The notes under the pieces are model-generated. The model was not told the origin of the DNA. It did not search any database and worked only from the letters and a program-made list of their open reading frames with translations. This document shows positions 50,107 to 59,530 of a stretch of DNA of 64,000 bases, piece by piece. The translations under genes and the position numbers were made by a program. Position 1 is the stretch's first letter; every line of letters starts with the position of its first letter. The DNA lies in the NCBI GenBank assembly GCA_038206135.1, contig JBBRBD010000002.1, positions 2,896-66,895 on the forward strand. The letters are read 5' to 3'. Source of the stretch: Patescibacteria group bacterium (GTDB taxonomy: Bacteria; Patescibacteriota; Microgenomatia; UBA8517).

Positions 50107-51290
50107 GATTGATGTTTCTTACTTTATCTCCACTTTCTTCAAATGCAGGGCATTTATCTAGACTTAAAGGCGAACTTGAATATCTAATGAATTCAAACGA
50201 GATCTCCATTCTGTGTCTCTATAAAAAGCCAGATGATGATGCCACGAAGAAAAAATATAAAGGAATTTCATTTTTTCATTTCCCAATTGAATTTGAGGGA
50301 TGGAATGTCAAAGATCAGGGGAAAGTATCAGAAAATATCCAAATATTCATTGATAAAGTAGAACCAGATCTTGTTGTACTACAGATGGAAGTATGGGATT
50401 TAATGAGAGAATTAGGAAAAAAATTAAAGGGATCGACTACATTTGCAGCTGTTGTACACGCGATGCCCTTTTTGGTTGCGCCTACCGAACCAACAGGGGA
50501 ATTTAAGGAAGACGTCATAGAATACGCCAATTCGGGAATACAAGAATACCGAAAAGACTATGTATTAAGGCACTTTGAAGAGGCAGAGCGTGTTTTTAGG
50601 GATGTGAGCATAATTGCAAACAACAATACTGTGGCTTTTTACTTCAACAAGTATTTCAAATCGGTGCCAATTTCAGTTTTAGCTCCTTCTGCCATTGTAA
50701 AGTCTGATCCACAGCTAATAAGCAACAAGTTGAAATACGATTTTGCTTATATGGCAAGAGTCGAAAAAGGCAAAGGGGTAGAATATTTATCAGAAATTTT
50801 GGAAAAAACATCAATTCTGCTTAAAAGGAAGGTTCGTCTGGCTATTCTCGGTAGAACTGACGATTCATTTAGTGAAGTAGAATTACAAAAACTATTATCC
50901 AGTAAGAATGTCTTCTTTGATGTTGAGTTCTTTGGATGGGCAGATGATTCAACAAAAGTATCTGTATTACCTCACTCTGGAGTGTTTTTATATCCCTCAA
51001 GCTATGACAACTATCCTACGGTTGTAAACGAAGCTTTGTCTTTTGGGTTGCCCGTTGTGACTTGGAATGTGCCCTTTTATAGTCAAAACTATAGAAACAC
51101 TAACGCGGTAGAAGTTGCTGAACCTTTTAATACTACTAAGTTTGCAGATTTGGCGGTGCATTCGCTAGAAAATAGATATAATCTTTCTCCTCAGGCAATT
51201 GCCTTTATAAACTCATTTCCTTCACTGAGTGAAGTCGCAAAATTAGATACTATTTTATTTCAAAACTTAAAAGTAAATAAAAATGAATAG
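50103..51290 (+). CDS. GT4-family glycosyltransferase
   Basis: ARVEKGKG, YPSSYDNYPTVVNEALSFGLPVV. Confidence 0.85.
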   Translation: MRLMFLTLSPLSSNAGHLSRLKGELEYLMNSNEISILCLYKKPDDDATKKKYKGISFFHFPIEFEGWNVKDQGKVSENIQIFIDKVEPDLVVLQMEVWDLMRELGKKLKGSTTFAAVVHAMPFLVAPTEPTGEFKEDVIEYANSGIQEYRKDYVLRHFEEAERVFRDVSIIANNNTVAFYFNKYFKSVPISVLAPSAIVKSDPQLISNKLKYDFAYMARVEKGKGVEYLSEILEKTSILLKRKVRLAILGRTDDSFSEVELQKLLSSKNVFFDVEFFGWADDSTKVSVLPHSGVFLYPSSYDNYPTVVNEALSFGLPVVTWNVPFYSQNYRNTNAVEVAEPFNTTKFADLAVHSLENRYNLSPQAIAFINSFPSLSEVAKLDTILFQNLKVNKNE

Positions 51291-52032
51291 TACTTCTCTC
51301 AAACAATTGTTCATTCCAGATAGACCAGTAGTCTTTCTACATGCACATTGTGATGATGAGTCTTTCCTTTCCGCCGGTTTGTTAAATAAATTGTGCGATT
51401 TAGGGAGGCAGTGCATCGTCATATATGGAGCTGCAGCTACGGTACCTGGGGAAGAGAAAACAGTGATAAGACAGCAACAAACAATAGAGGCATGCTCAAT
51501 TCTAGGAATAGACGCTGTAATATTTCTTAAATACTGTGAGCCACGTTATTCGGGAGTTCCTCTGATAAATCAAAAGACAAGTGAAATAAGTAGAGAAGTT
51601 TTAGAAGTCCTCAAATTGAGGAATGTTTCAATGCCTATCAATTTAATTTCATACGATAAAAATGGAGGATACGGAAATAAAGATCACAAAGTTATACATA
51701 AAGTCGGTCGAGAAATTAGAGATAATTATTCAGATGTCTCACTCTTTGAGGTAACCTTAAATAGAGATAAAATTAAAGATTGGATAGCGGATGCAAAAAC
51801 AAGATTAAGTCCTGAATCGCTACCTCAACTAGAATATTGGTCTGAAAACTTTGGGCTATTGAGTAACAAGATTCAGTTTGGGTACGAACTGACTAATAAA
51901 GAATTAGAGCTTAAACGCAAAGCTCTTTCTTTGCACACGTTTTACAATAAACCTGACATTTTCCCTTTATCCTTGAATACATTCGATTTTAAGAATGTAC
52001 TTGGAACTGAATATATTCATATTCCTAGCTAG
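51283..52032 (+). CDS. PIG-L/MshB-family de-N-acetylase
   Basis: HAHCDDES, ACSILGI, YDKNGGYGNKDH. Confidence 0.85.
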   Translation: MNSTSLKQLFIPDRPVVFLHAHCDDESFLSAGLLNKLCDLGRQCIVIYGAAATVPGEEKTVIRQQQTIEACSILGIDAVIFLKYCEPRYSGVPLINQKTSEISREVLEVLKLRNVSMPINLISYDKNGGYGNKDHKVIHKVGREIRDNYSDVSLFEVTLNRDKIKDWIADAKTRLSPESLPQLEYWSENFGLLSNKIQFGYELTNKELELKRKALSLHTFYNKPDIFPLSLNTFDFKNVLGTEYIHIPS

Positions 52033-52093
52033 AGATTTGTACAATGAGTTAAGTGCTTAACTATAATTCTTCAAATTTTGTGATGTAGACCAA

Positions 52094-52202
52094 CTACCCT
52101 TTTAAAGTTTGTATACCAAAGGATTTATATATACTTCTCATTTGTATAAGTTCAATATTTATTTCAACTTCTCTGTTCCTGAACATGTTTACTAGGGGGA
52201 GC
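52094..52202 (-). repeat. att-like site with recombinase C-terminal tail
   Basis: Core 52195-52202; minus frame LPLVNMFRNREVEINIELIQMRSIYKSFGIQTLKG*; over 30 nt identical to the 55526 site. Confidence 0.85.
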
Positions 52203-52270
52203 AACGTAATTTTAGCCTTGAATTTTTTTTACCCCAAGCTGGATGTTCGAACCTTTGGTATAATACTTCT

Positions 52271-52759
52271 ATGTCAGAAAGAATTAATTCCTTACTAGCA
52301 GAGGGACTAGCTAAAGGCTATGTAGGAACAATAAAACCAGAAGCCATTCAAAGATCTGGTTTTTCCGGAAAAGCAAATGATTTTCTCAGCACTAATGGTG
52401 GACATTATCACGATGAGTGGTTTGCAGATGACAACGGCGGAGGACAGGAGCTCGTAGAAACTTCGGAAGAAAAGGGCACGAGACTTTATGCAGGGGGAGT
52501 AATTCCAACTGAAGAGCTTCAATCTCTTGGCTTCACAACAAAAGATGTAATATCTCGTTTGATAACTAGTGTTAGAGAGCTAAAAGACAAAACAAGACTC
52601 CATGAGCCATGCTCTCTAGAGCTTCCTGATGGATGGAAATATAAATACGAAATACTCAAAAGAAGCGAAGAAGTTCCACTAACCATCGGTTATGAGTCAA
52701 TTGAATTTAATGGCAGGGAAGTATTTGCTCACGGTCATATGATCTCTCCTATAAAATAG
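52271..52759 (+). CDS. Cassette cargo, hypothetical protein (DUF5680-like)
   Basis: YHDEWF...GGGQELV, Y.GG, GYESI..NGREVF; TGnTATAAT ends 7 nt before the ATG. Confidence 0.6.
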   Translation: MSERINSLLAEGLAKGYVGTIKPEAIQRSGFSGKANDFLSTNGGHYHDEWFADDNGGGQELVETSEEKGTRLYAGGVIPTEELQSLGFTTKDVISRLITSVRELKDKTRLHEPCSLELPDGWKYKYEILKRSEEVPLTIGYESIEFNGREVFAHGHMISPIK

Positions 52760-52786
52760 GTTCTGAACAAGTCTATGAGGTGGAGC
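52735..52786 (-). repeat. att-like site (GGTGGAGC) with tail
   Basis: Minus frame LHLIDLFRTYFIGEII*; GAACAAGTC shared with the 58377 site. Confidence 0.65.
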
Positions 52787-52924
52787 TTTAGCTATTAAGA
52801 CAATCGACTTTGCATACCTCGAGAAAGCATGCATGTACCTTTGAAAAAAAATGGGTGCCTTAATTGTAATCTAGTTTAATGTAGTATATATTTTCGGAAC
52901 TATTATCTTCATAAATATAAACTG

Positions 52925-53140
52925 CAAAATATCGAATTTGTTTACTTAGCTGATGCAACTAATAAAATCTCAGATAGTGATGAGGAGGTTAGTATGCTTG
53001 AGTGGTATTCTTTAGATAATTTGCCCTCAAAAGAGGAAATGGCATTTGACCACGGAGATGACTTAGAAATTTATAGCAACTTTTTAAAAGAAAAGCTTAC
53101 TTTACCAGTAATAGGTAAATTTAGTGATTCAGGTAAGTAG
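52925..53140 (+). pseudogene. 5'-truncated NUDIX hydrolase fragment
   Basis: QNIEFVYLADAT...EVSMLEWYSLDNLPSKEEMAFDHGDDL; Nudix box and N-terminus absent. Confidence 0.6.
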
Positions 53141-53267
53141 AGGTCTTGTTTGCAACTTCTTTATTTCATTCCATCTGTGTCTTAGCTCTCCAATGTAGCG
53201 AATATCCTGAAAAGCATGTATTATAGCCTCGAAATCTATGGTTATATTAGTCCAAGGCTCAGGGAGC
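53129..53267 (-). repeat. att-like site (CAGGGAGC) with 45-codon tail
   Basis: Minus frame LPEPWTNITIDFEAIIHAFQDIRYIGELRHRWNEIKKLQTRPLLT*; lies at a gene boundary. Confidence 0.55.
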
Positions 53268-53291
53268 TGTTTGCTACAATAGCGGTATTAC

Positions 53292-53471
53292 ATGAGAAAA
53301 ATAATCGTTCATGAATTTATAAGTCTTGATGGAGTGATCCAGGCGCCAGGTGTAGTTGTTGGTCAGCCGACCCAAACGCAACCTGCGAATGAAGCACTTG
53401 CCTTCAATAACTTTACCAAAGACCCCGGTTGGGGGGATTGGTACAAGAGTGATACTTGGGGCAAAAAGTAG
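53292..53471 (+). pseudogene. Truncated RibD C-terminal/DHFR-like gene
   Basis: MRKIIVHEFISLDGVIQAPG N-terminus, only 59 codons. Confidence 0.65.
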
Positions 53472-54232
53472 ACTGAACTGGTCTTCTGGGTCAGACATTT
53501 ATTTGTCTGGCCCTTCTTTTTATTTAAGAAGTTTATTTAAGGCAGGTTCTTGTCTATATCCATGGGAGAAACCGTAAACTACAAAAACACTTTTTCCCAA
53601 GTTCCATTCTTCAACTGTTTTTTCAACAATATGAACATCCCTGTAATCGCTTGAGGCTCTTGCGACAGCATTAACGACAGTATCTTTTCTTGAAGGGTTG
53701 ATTATCGTATAAAAAAAGCCTTTTTCGTTAATGTTAAACTCATCACCAAATAATTTAATGTGAGTCTTTTTCATGTTTTCCAAGCTAAAGTCAAAGTCTG
53801 TCCATCCAGATTCCTTTTTATCAGTGTCCAAGAATCTTTGAACATACTTTTCAAAATCTTCGCTTGTGTTTTTGTTTAAAAATTGGTTTACAACCCTTGC
53901 GAAGTAATAATATTGAACTTCTTCCTTAGAAAAGTCATTTAATAAAACATTATCTACATTTTCTCTTGACGGCTCAGGTGAAATAATTTCTATATTATCT
54001 TTTTTGGATAAGTAGGTGAGTAAGCCACCTTCGCCATCTCTTTTTACCATTGCATCTTTGTTTCCATTTGGATTTCGAAGCCCCCCTTCATTCATGGCAA
54101 CTGCTTTTGATTTATCAGTAACCCTAGACATAAACTCATCCCAGTACGCTTCAATATCAGGAAGCATGGGGTGTTTGGGATCGTTTACATGGCTTGCTCC
54201 ATAGTAGTAAAGATACTGTTTACCGTTAGTTA

Positions 54233-55330
54233 TACTCACTTGCTAAAACAATTTAGTAAGTGATATATTTTAAGTGATGTATCATTTGTATTTGATGGGA
54301 GGAGAAGAAGAGGAGTTTAAGGAGCGGTTGAGAAGTGAGCGAGACGTGAAGAAATGGAGGAGGTTGCAAGCGGTGTATTTAAGAGGTCAAAGAAAATCTA
54401 CACAGATGATTGCGGAGAATTTAGGAGTAAACAGAGACACAATCACGTTGTGGGTAAAATTGTACCGATCAGGAGGGCTGGAAGGATTAACGAATTTAAA
54501 GTATGAGCATCAAGGTCGAAGTTCAAAGTTGGGAGTCTATCAACGAGAGATTGATCTACTAACAGACAAGGAACGTATATCAACGATGAGCTGTTTGGCC
54601 AAGCGGATCAAAGAGTTGTATGGGGTGGAGGTTGAGGAGAGTTGGTTATCCCGGTGGTGTAAAAAAAACTCAATTTGTCTTTCAAGAAGACCAGATTAGT
54701 GCCTGGGAAGTTACCTGAGGTTGATGTTCAGGAAAATTTTCGGAACAAGATTGATGTGTATTTAAAGCGAGCTGGGAAGGGAGAGATCGAGTTGTATTTT
54801 TTTGATCCCTGTCACTGTATGCACAACAATGTGAATGGATATGAGTGGCAGAAGAAAGGTAAGGGAGGAACCAAGTACATAAAGGCCAATAGTGGTAGGC
54901 AAAGGTTAAATGTGGTTGGAGCACTTAATGCCATAACGAAGAAGCCGTATGTATTTTTAACTGAGGCCAACTGTGATCAAAGACTAATATGTATGTATTT
55001 GAAGAGTTTACGTAAACAACATCCGGATCGAGTAAAACAAATTGTGTTGATTTTAGACAATGCGCCTTACAACCATAGTTTCTCAGTAAGCAAGATAGCC
55101 AAGCGATTGAATATCGAGCTTGAATTTCTGCCTGCGTATTGTCCCAATCTCAACTTAATTGAACGGTTGTGGAAGTTTTTGAAGAAGAAGACAAAGACCA
55201 ATAACTATTGTGAGAAGTTTGCAGACTTTCAAAATACCATCCTACAATTTTTCGAAAACATAGAAACTTTTCGTGATGAACTGGATTCTTTACTCACTAC
55301 CAATTTCGAGATTATTCAAACAAGGTAGTA
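54233..55330 (+). mobile_element. IS630-family insertion sequence (1098 bp)
   Basis: TA duplication at 54231-54232 and 55331-55332; imperfect TIRs TACTCACTTG / TACTACCTTG. Confidence 0.9.
54274..55328 (+). CDS. IS630 transposase in two ORFs joined by a probable -1 frameshift
   Basis: HTH ORF 54274-54699; DDE ORF 54675-55328 (LDNAPYNH, LPAYCPNLNLIERLWK); A8 run at 54661-54668. Confidence 0.9.
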
Positions 55331-55421
55331 TATCTCAAATTTTTTAGGAGATGAGACTTTCTCAAGTTTGGAGTAATCATCGTAATCCATTATTAAATTT
55401 TTAATATCGTTCATGGGGGAA

Positions 55422-55973
55422 TTATATCAGAGGAAACAGACTCAAGTTAAAGCTTTCGTTTAATGTTTGAATGTTTCGTAGACTAACACCAAATTCTATT
55501 TCTCTGTTCCTGAACATGTTTACTAGGGGGAGCATAGCGTTTCTTATTATAACCTGATGGTTCTCTATTAAGGACGCAAAGATTGGTGTTGGTTCGGTCT
55601 TCAAAATCACCTTATTTTCGATTACGATTTTCTCGTAAAAAAATCTTAGGTAGTGTCGCTTCATAAACATTGGTGCTTCTAGGTAAGTCTTGTGGATATT
55701 TCTAGTAAAGGCAAGGACTTCTTCAATCAAATCCATATCTATTCGTGATTTGTTATCTACATCTTGTGCTTGTGCATCGAGGTTTCGAATGGCTTCCTCA
55801 AGCTCTACATGTTTACGTTTATATGTGTCTCGGTCAATCGTACCATCAAGCAATCTGTCTTCAAGCTGATTTCTTTTAGCCTCAAAGCCTGTTTTTTGGT
55901 TTAGTTGAAGGTCTTCTTCCAGAGAACTCTTGGTATTCGGGCTCTTCTTGTATCTCTGCAAAGTAGTCGTCAA
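55422..55973 (-). pseudogene. C-terminal remnant of a large serine recombinase containing an att core
   Basis: Coiled coil LEDRLLDGTIDRDTYKRK, KRHYLRFFYEKIVIEN; reads through core 55526-55533 as MLPLVNMFRNREIEFG; catalytic domain missing. Confidence 0.75.
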
Positions 55974-56262
55974 AAGCGGAGAATAGTTCTAAATGATAGT
56001 ATCCATCGTCAATTTGCTCATAGGGGTCAAGTTCAACATATATAATGCTTTGTATTCTGTTTCCTACCTTAAGAATTTTGAAAACTTTCTCGTCATATTG
56101 AAGCTTCTTAAATATGTTATCTAATTCGAGCCCGTTGTAATTGTTATTAAGGTCATGCGTTGCGTGTATTTTTACAGGCTCACCTGTGGGCGTGATAGTC
56201 CTCGCATCATCAATACGATTTAACAGAAAGTATATTTTTTCTTTGCCGCTCATCATTGTCAT
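55882..56262 (-). CDS. Hypothetical protein, probably 3'-truncated at a deletion junction
   Basis: Overlaps the recombinase remnant in another frame near 55890. Confidence 0.55.
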   Translation of the reverse strand: MTMMSGKEKIYFLLNRIDDARTITPTGEPVKIHATHDLNNNYNGLELDNIFKKLQYDEKVFKILKVGNRIQSIIYVELDPYEQIDDGYYHLELFSAFDDYFAEIQEEPEYQEFSGRRPSTKPKNRL

Positions 56263-56363
56263 TACATTTTTAACTTTAGTTATCGTATTTTAACAAATAA
56301 CTTCATGCTTTGAGTTTGACATTTAAAACTTGTATCGCTATTATTGGCTTTATTGAAAAAGTA

Positions 56364-57617
56364 ATGAAAACTAAATTGTTAATTGACATAGGCTCTTCTA
56401 CTGTAAAGGTCTACAAACAGACCCCTGCCTCTCTCTCTCTCCTTTTGGCCCGCTCAATCCCTTTTAAGACAGATTTTGACCCAATAAAAGGTATCGCTGA
56501 GTCTGCAAAGAAAGAACTGTATGAATTGATTACTGAGGTGAAAGAGAAGAACCCTAATACATCTATCAAAATTTTTGCTACTGCTTTATACAGAAAACTT
56601 GAACCAGAAACCAGAAAGTCATTTGTTGACGAGTTCTTTATGAGAACAGGACTACACTTCAATATCATTTCTCAGGAATTGGAAAGCTTTTATTTGCAGA
56701 TAGCCCTTGTCGGTAAATACAACGCAGACAAACCCATTCTCCTAATAAACATTGGAGGTGGTTCTACTGAGCTTGTTGTAATATATGGCAAAGAAGCAAT
56801 AGAAACAAAGAATGTGGATTTAGGTGTAGGAACAGTATTAACCGAATTTTCAAATATAAATGACCCCAAATCTGGCGTTTCACTTGATAACGTGAAGAAA
56901 TTTGTGTCAGAGAAACTTCCTTCTTTAGAAAACAAGGTTGAAACAGCACTCTACTCGGGAGGTGAGCTGGATTATATGCAACTTGCGAAATATAAACTTA
57001 ATACAAATAAGCTATTTAAAGATGCTGACCACCCCTCATTGATTTCTTTAAAAGATTTTTCATCTAAAAACGAAGAAGTGTTTGATAAAATTACACTGAA
57101 AGAATTGGAGGAGCTAATGCCTGACAATCCTTCTTGGATGCATGGAGCAAGAGCTTGCAGTGCCCTAGCGCAAGCTATTTGCGAAAAATATGGAATTGAA
57201 ACAATCGTCCCTTCAAACTCAAATCTGGTAAACGGTGCGGCAAGACAGGAATTTAGACACGTTACTTTAAGCGGAAGCTTCAGAAAGCACTTGGACTATA
57301 TCCTTAAAGTTAGAAAAACTCTTGTGGATAATGGAGTTGAAGTTTTGAGTCCAAGATTTACTGAACCTAAGAATCCAGGCGAAGAATTTGTTGTGTTCTC
57401 TGGAGAAGAAGGAATGAAGCCACTTGAATTGGAAAGACACCATCTTGATTCAATTGATAAAAGTGATGCTCTAATTATTTGCGACCCAGAAGGATATGTA
57501 GGAGCATCTGCTTTAATTGAGATTGGGTATGCTCAGGCTTTATGTAAAAAAATTGTGTTTGCAGAAAAGCCTGAAGAGTTCATGCTTAATACGCTACCTG
57601 CTGAATTTGGCATTTGA
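56364..57617 (+). CDS. Ppx/GppA-like ASKHA domain fused to a nucleoside 2-deoxyribosyltransferase-like domain
   Basis: IDIGSSTVK, ATALYR, INIGGGSTE; C-terminal LSGSFRKH...IDKSDALII...GYVGASALIEIGYA. Confidence 0.75.
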   Translation: MKTKLLIDIGSSTVKVYKQTPASLSLLLARSIPFKTDFDPIKGIAESAKKELYELITEVKEKNPNTSIKIFATALYRKLEPETRKSFVDEFFMRTGLHFNIISQELESFYLQIALVGKYNADKPILLINIGGGSTELVVIYGKEAIETKNVDLGVGTVLTEFSNINDPKSGVSLDNVKKFVSEKLPSLENKVETALYSGGELDYMQLAKYKLNTNKLFKDADHPSLISLKDFSSKNEEVFDKITLKELEELMPDNPSWMHGARACSALAQAICEKYGIETIVPSNSNLVNGAARQEFRHVTLSGSFRKHLDYILKVRKTLVDNGVEVLSPRFTEPKNPGEEFVVFSGEEGMKPLELERHHLDSIDKSDALIICDPEGYVGASALIEIGYAQALCKKIVFAEKPEEFMLNTLPAEFGI

Positions 57618-58267
57618 TAACAATGCCAGAGCGAGAGAAAATGCCCGAACATCTTCAATTACTTTCTGAAAGATTTTATCTTCAAGACTCATTGACAGTT
57701 GCTCCTGCGCTTGTCGGTTGTATTATTGAAACTAATAAAGACGGGGTGTCTGTTTTAGGGAGAATAACAGAAACTGAAGCATACCCCTCGTATGATGCCG
57801 CGTCTCACGCATTTCAAAGCAAACGGACTCCAAGAACTGAAATTCAATTTGGTAAAGGCGGTAGTTTATATGTCTATCAAATAATGGGTTTGCACCTAAT
57901 GACATCAATCGTTGTCGGACAAGAAGAAGTTGCAGATGTGGTATTTATCCGTTCAATAGAGCCGCTTTCAGGCATTGAAGCAATGAAGAGAAGGCGAGGC
58001 TATTTAGGCGAGAATATCAGGCGAATAGCTTCAGGTCCAGGGATGCTTTCTGTTGCTTTGGGTATAACTAAAGATGACAATGCCGTTGCAATTTATGGTG
58101 AAGTCTCTCCTGTAAGAGTTTACAAAGATATTTCTTATGCAGGCAAGGTAGGAAGTGGTATGAGAATTAATCTTGGAGTGCATGGGGTTACTGACGAGGA
58201 AGCCAAACAGGCGATAGAACAGCCTTGGAGGTTTTTTGATGAGACATCTGAGTTTCTGAGCAAATAA
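57614..58267 (+). CDS. 3-methyladenine DNA glycosylase (MPG/AAG family)
   Basis: GRITETEAY, DAASHA, YVYQIMG, VFIRSIEP, GPGMLS.ALGI, PWRF. Confidence 0.9.
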   Translation: MITMPEREKMPEHLQLLSERFYLQDSLTVAPALVGCIIETNKDGVSVLGRITETEAYPSYDAASHAFQSKRTPRTEIQFGKGGSLYVYQIMGLHLMTSIVVGQEEVADVVFIRSIEPLSGIEAMKRRRGYLGENIRRIASGPGMLSVALGITKDDNAVAIYGEVSPVRVYKDISYAGKVGSGMRINLGVHGVTDEEAKQAIEQPWRFFDETSEFLSK

Positions 58268-58272
58268 TTATT

Positions 58273-58428
58273 TTATGTTATACCTAGGGGATGCTGTGGA
58301 AATTCTGAGGATAGTATTTTCAATTCTTGTAAACCAAAGCTGAGTTCTATCTCTTGGTTGCAGAACAAGTCCTTTAGGGGGAGCTAAAGTCCCATAGCTT
58401 TGACAAATTGCTTCTTTTAGGCTAGAAT
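58273..58428. repeat. att-like site with tail and outward promoter
   Basis: Minus tail LPLKDLFCNQEIELSFGLQELKILSSEFPQHPLGIT*; core 58377-58384; right arm TAAAGTCCCATAGC; TTGACA-17-TAGAAT. Confidence 0.85.
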
Positions 58429-58473
58429 ACTAGTCAGAAATTGTCATTATCCGTTTTAGTTTGGAGGTAGAAA

Positions 58474-58776
58474 ATGACTGCACAACAAAAGCCTATTGAA
58501 GGTCTGAAGTTGATTTGCCACAACGCTCGTGGAGTGAATGAGCCGGACGATACGTCGTTTCCCTACAAGTTGGAAGTGAGTCTGCGTCCGCCTGAGTTCA
58601 TGATAATCGCATTTTTCGGCCTGTACGGCGGCAGTGAAGAGCTTGTTGTTCGAGGGATGACCAAGGAAGGATTGGAGCAATGCATTGAAGAGAACGGCTT
58701 CAAGACTCATCCTCGTCTTCGGACACTGAGGGTAACTGGCCCAGAAGGAGAAGTCATCCTTTCTATTACAAAATAG
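58474..58776 (+). CDS. Cassette cargo, hypothetical protein
   Basis: GGAGG SD, own promoter and terminator (58796-58832); visibly GC-richer than flanks. Confidence 0.75.
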   Translation: MTAQQKPIEGLKLICHNARGVNEPDDTSFPYKLEVSLRPPEFMIIAFFGLYGGSEELVVRGMTKEGLEQCIEENGFKTHPRLRTLRVTGPEGEVILSITK

Positions 58777-58856
58777 CGGCTGCACCCAATCTGCGAAACC
58801 TCTCCGATTCATTTGATTCAGGGGAGGTTTTTATTGGTCAAAAAAAGTAATTCACT

Positions 58857-59002
58857 TCAAGATATTGACATCTCAAATGTTTCAAATAGTGTTTTTATCT
58901 GTGGAAGTTGAATACCAATCTCTATTTGTCTGTTCCTGAACATGTTTACCAAGGGGAGCTAAAGACCCATAGCTTGATTTTTGCCGTAAGCCATGTTATT
59001 GT
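58857..59002. repeat. att-like site with tail and outward promoter
   Basis: Minus tail LPLVNMFRNRQIEIGIQLPQIKTLFETFEMSIS*; core 58952-58959; right arm TAAAGACCCATAGC; TTGATT-17-TATTGT. Confidence 0.85.
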
Positions 59003-59034
59003 TTTTAAGCGAATTTCTTCATAAGGAGGTTAGG

Positions 59035-59289
59035 ATGTCCGACACTATGAGTGATGCTGATAAGAAATATCAGCAATTAGTCGAAAAGTCTTTTGAAGCC
59101 GCGGGTTTACCAGAGGTTGATGTGAAGGACTTGGAGACAGGTACGTACACAAATGCCCAGATTGGCGAGAAGCTACGTAGCAATCCGTTGAAGCTGGTTC
59201 AGCTTCTAATGCGTCTATCAGTTATTGGAGGCGATGTTGCTTCAAAGCGAAGCATTCTCTCATTTGCTGTTGATATGCCAGAAGACTAA
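59035..59289 (+). CDS. Cassette cargo, hypothetical protein
   Basis: AAGGAGGT SD before ATG 59035; terminator 59308-59336. Confidence 0.7.
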   Translation: MSDTMSDADKKYQQLVEKSFEAAGLPEVDVKDLETGTYTNAQIGEKLRSNPLKLVQLLMRLSVIGGDVASKRSILSFAVDMPED

Positions 59290-59337
59290 TTTGCTGTGTA
59301 TTAGTTAAAAAGGCCTTTCTCTTGGGAAAGGCTTTTA

Positions 59338-59413
59338 TTATGATAATAAATCTCCAATATAACTTTCTTGACTTTTTATAAAATGAGTTCGAAATGTATG
59401 AACTTTGGAAAGC
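59338..59413 (-). repeat. att-like site (degenerate core TGGAAAGC) with tail
   Basis: Minus frame LSKVHTFRTHFIKSQESYIGDLLS*; arm AAATGAGTTCGAA....ATGAACTT shared with the 59979 site. Confidence 0.7.
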
Positions 59414-59530
59414 AAGCACCCTGTAGTGTTGATTGTTGCTCTATTTTTTGTCTATGTGAAATAGATCCGTATAGAATTGCAGTTTGTTGCATATTATGAG
59501 ATAATATCACGCATTTTGGTATAGAAAGGG

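Larger units (their letters stand above)
53520..55414 (-). pseudogene. 264-aa hypothetical gene interrupted by IS630
   Basis: Removing the IS and one TA joins MNDIKNL...KKFEI (55414-55331) in frame to TNGKQYLYY... Confidence 0.85.

Noticed and set aside
55415-55421. GGGGGAA as another att core
   Set aside because: Lacks the GAGC end and conserved arm; it lies just upstream of the start codon of the IS-disrupted gene.
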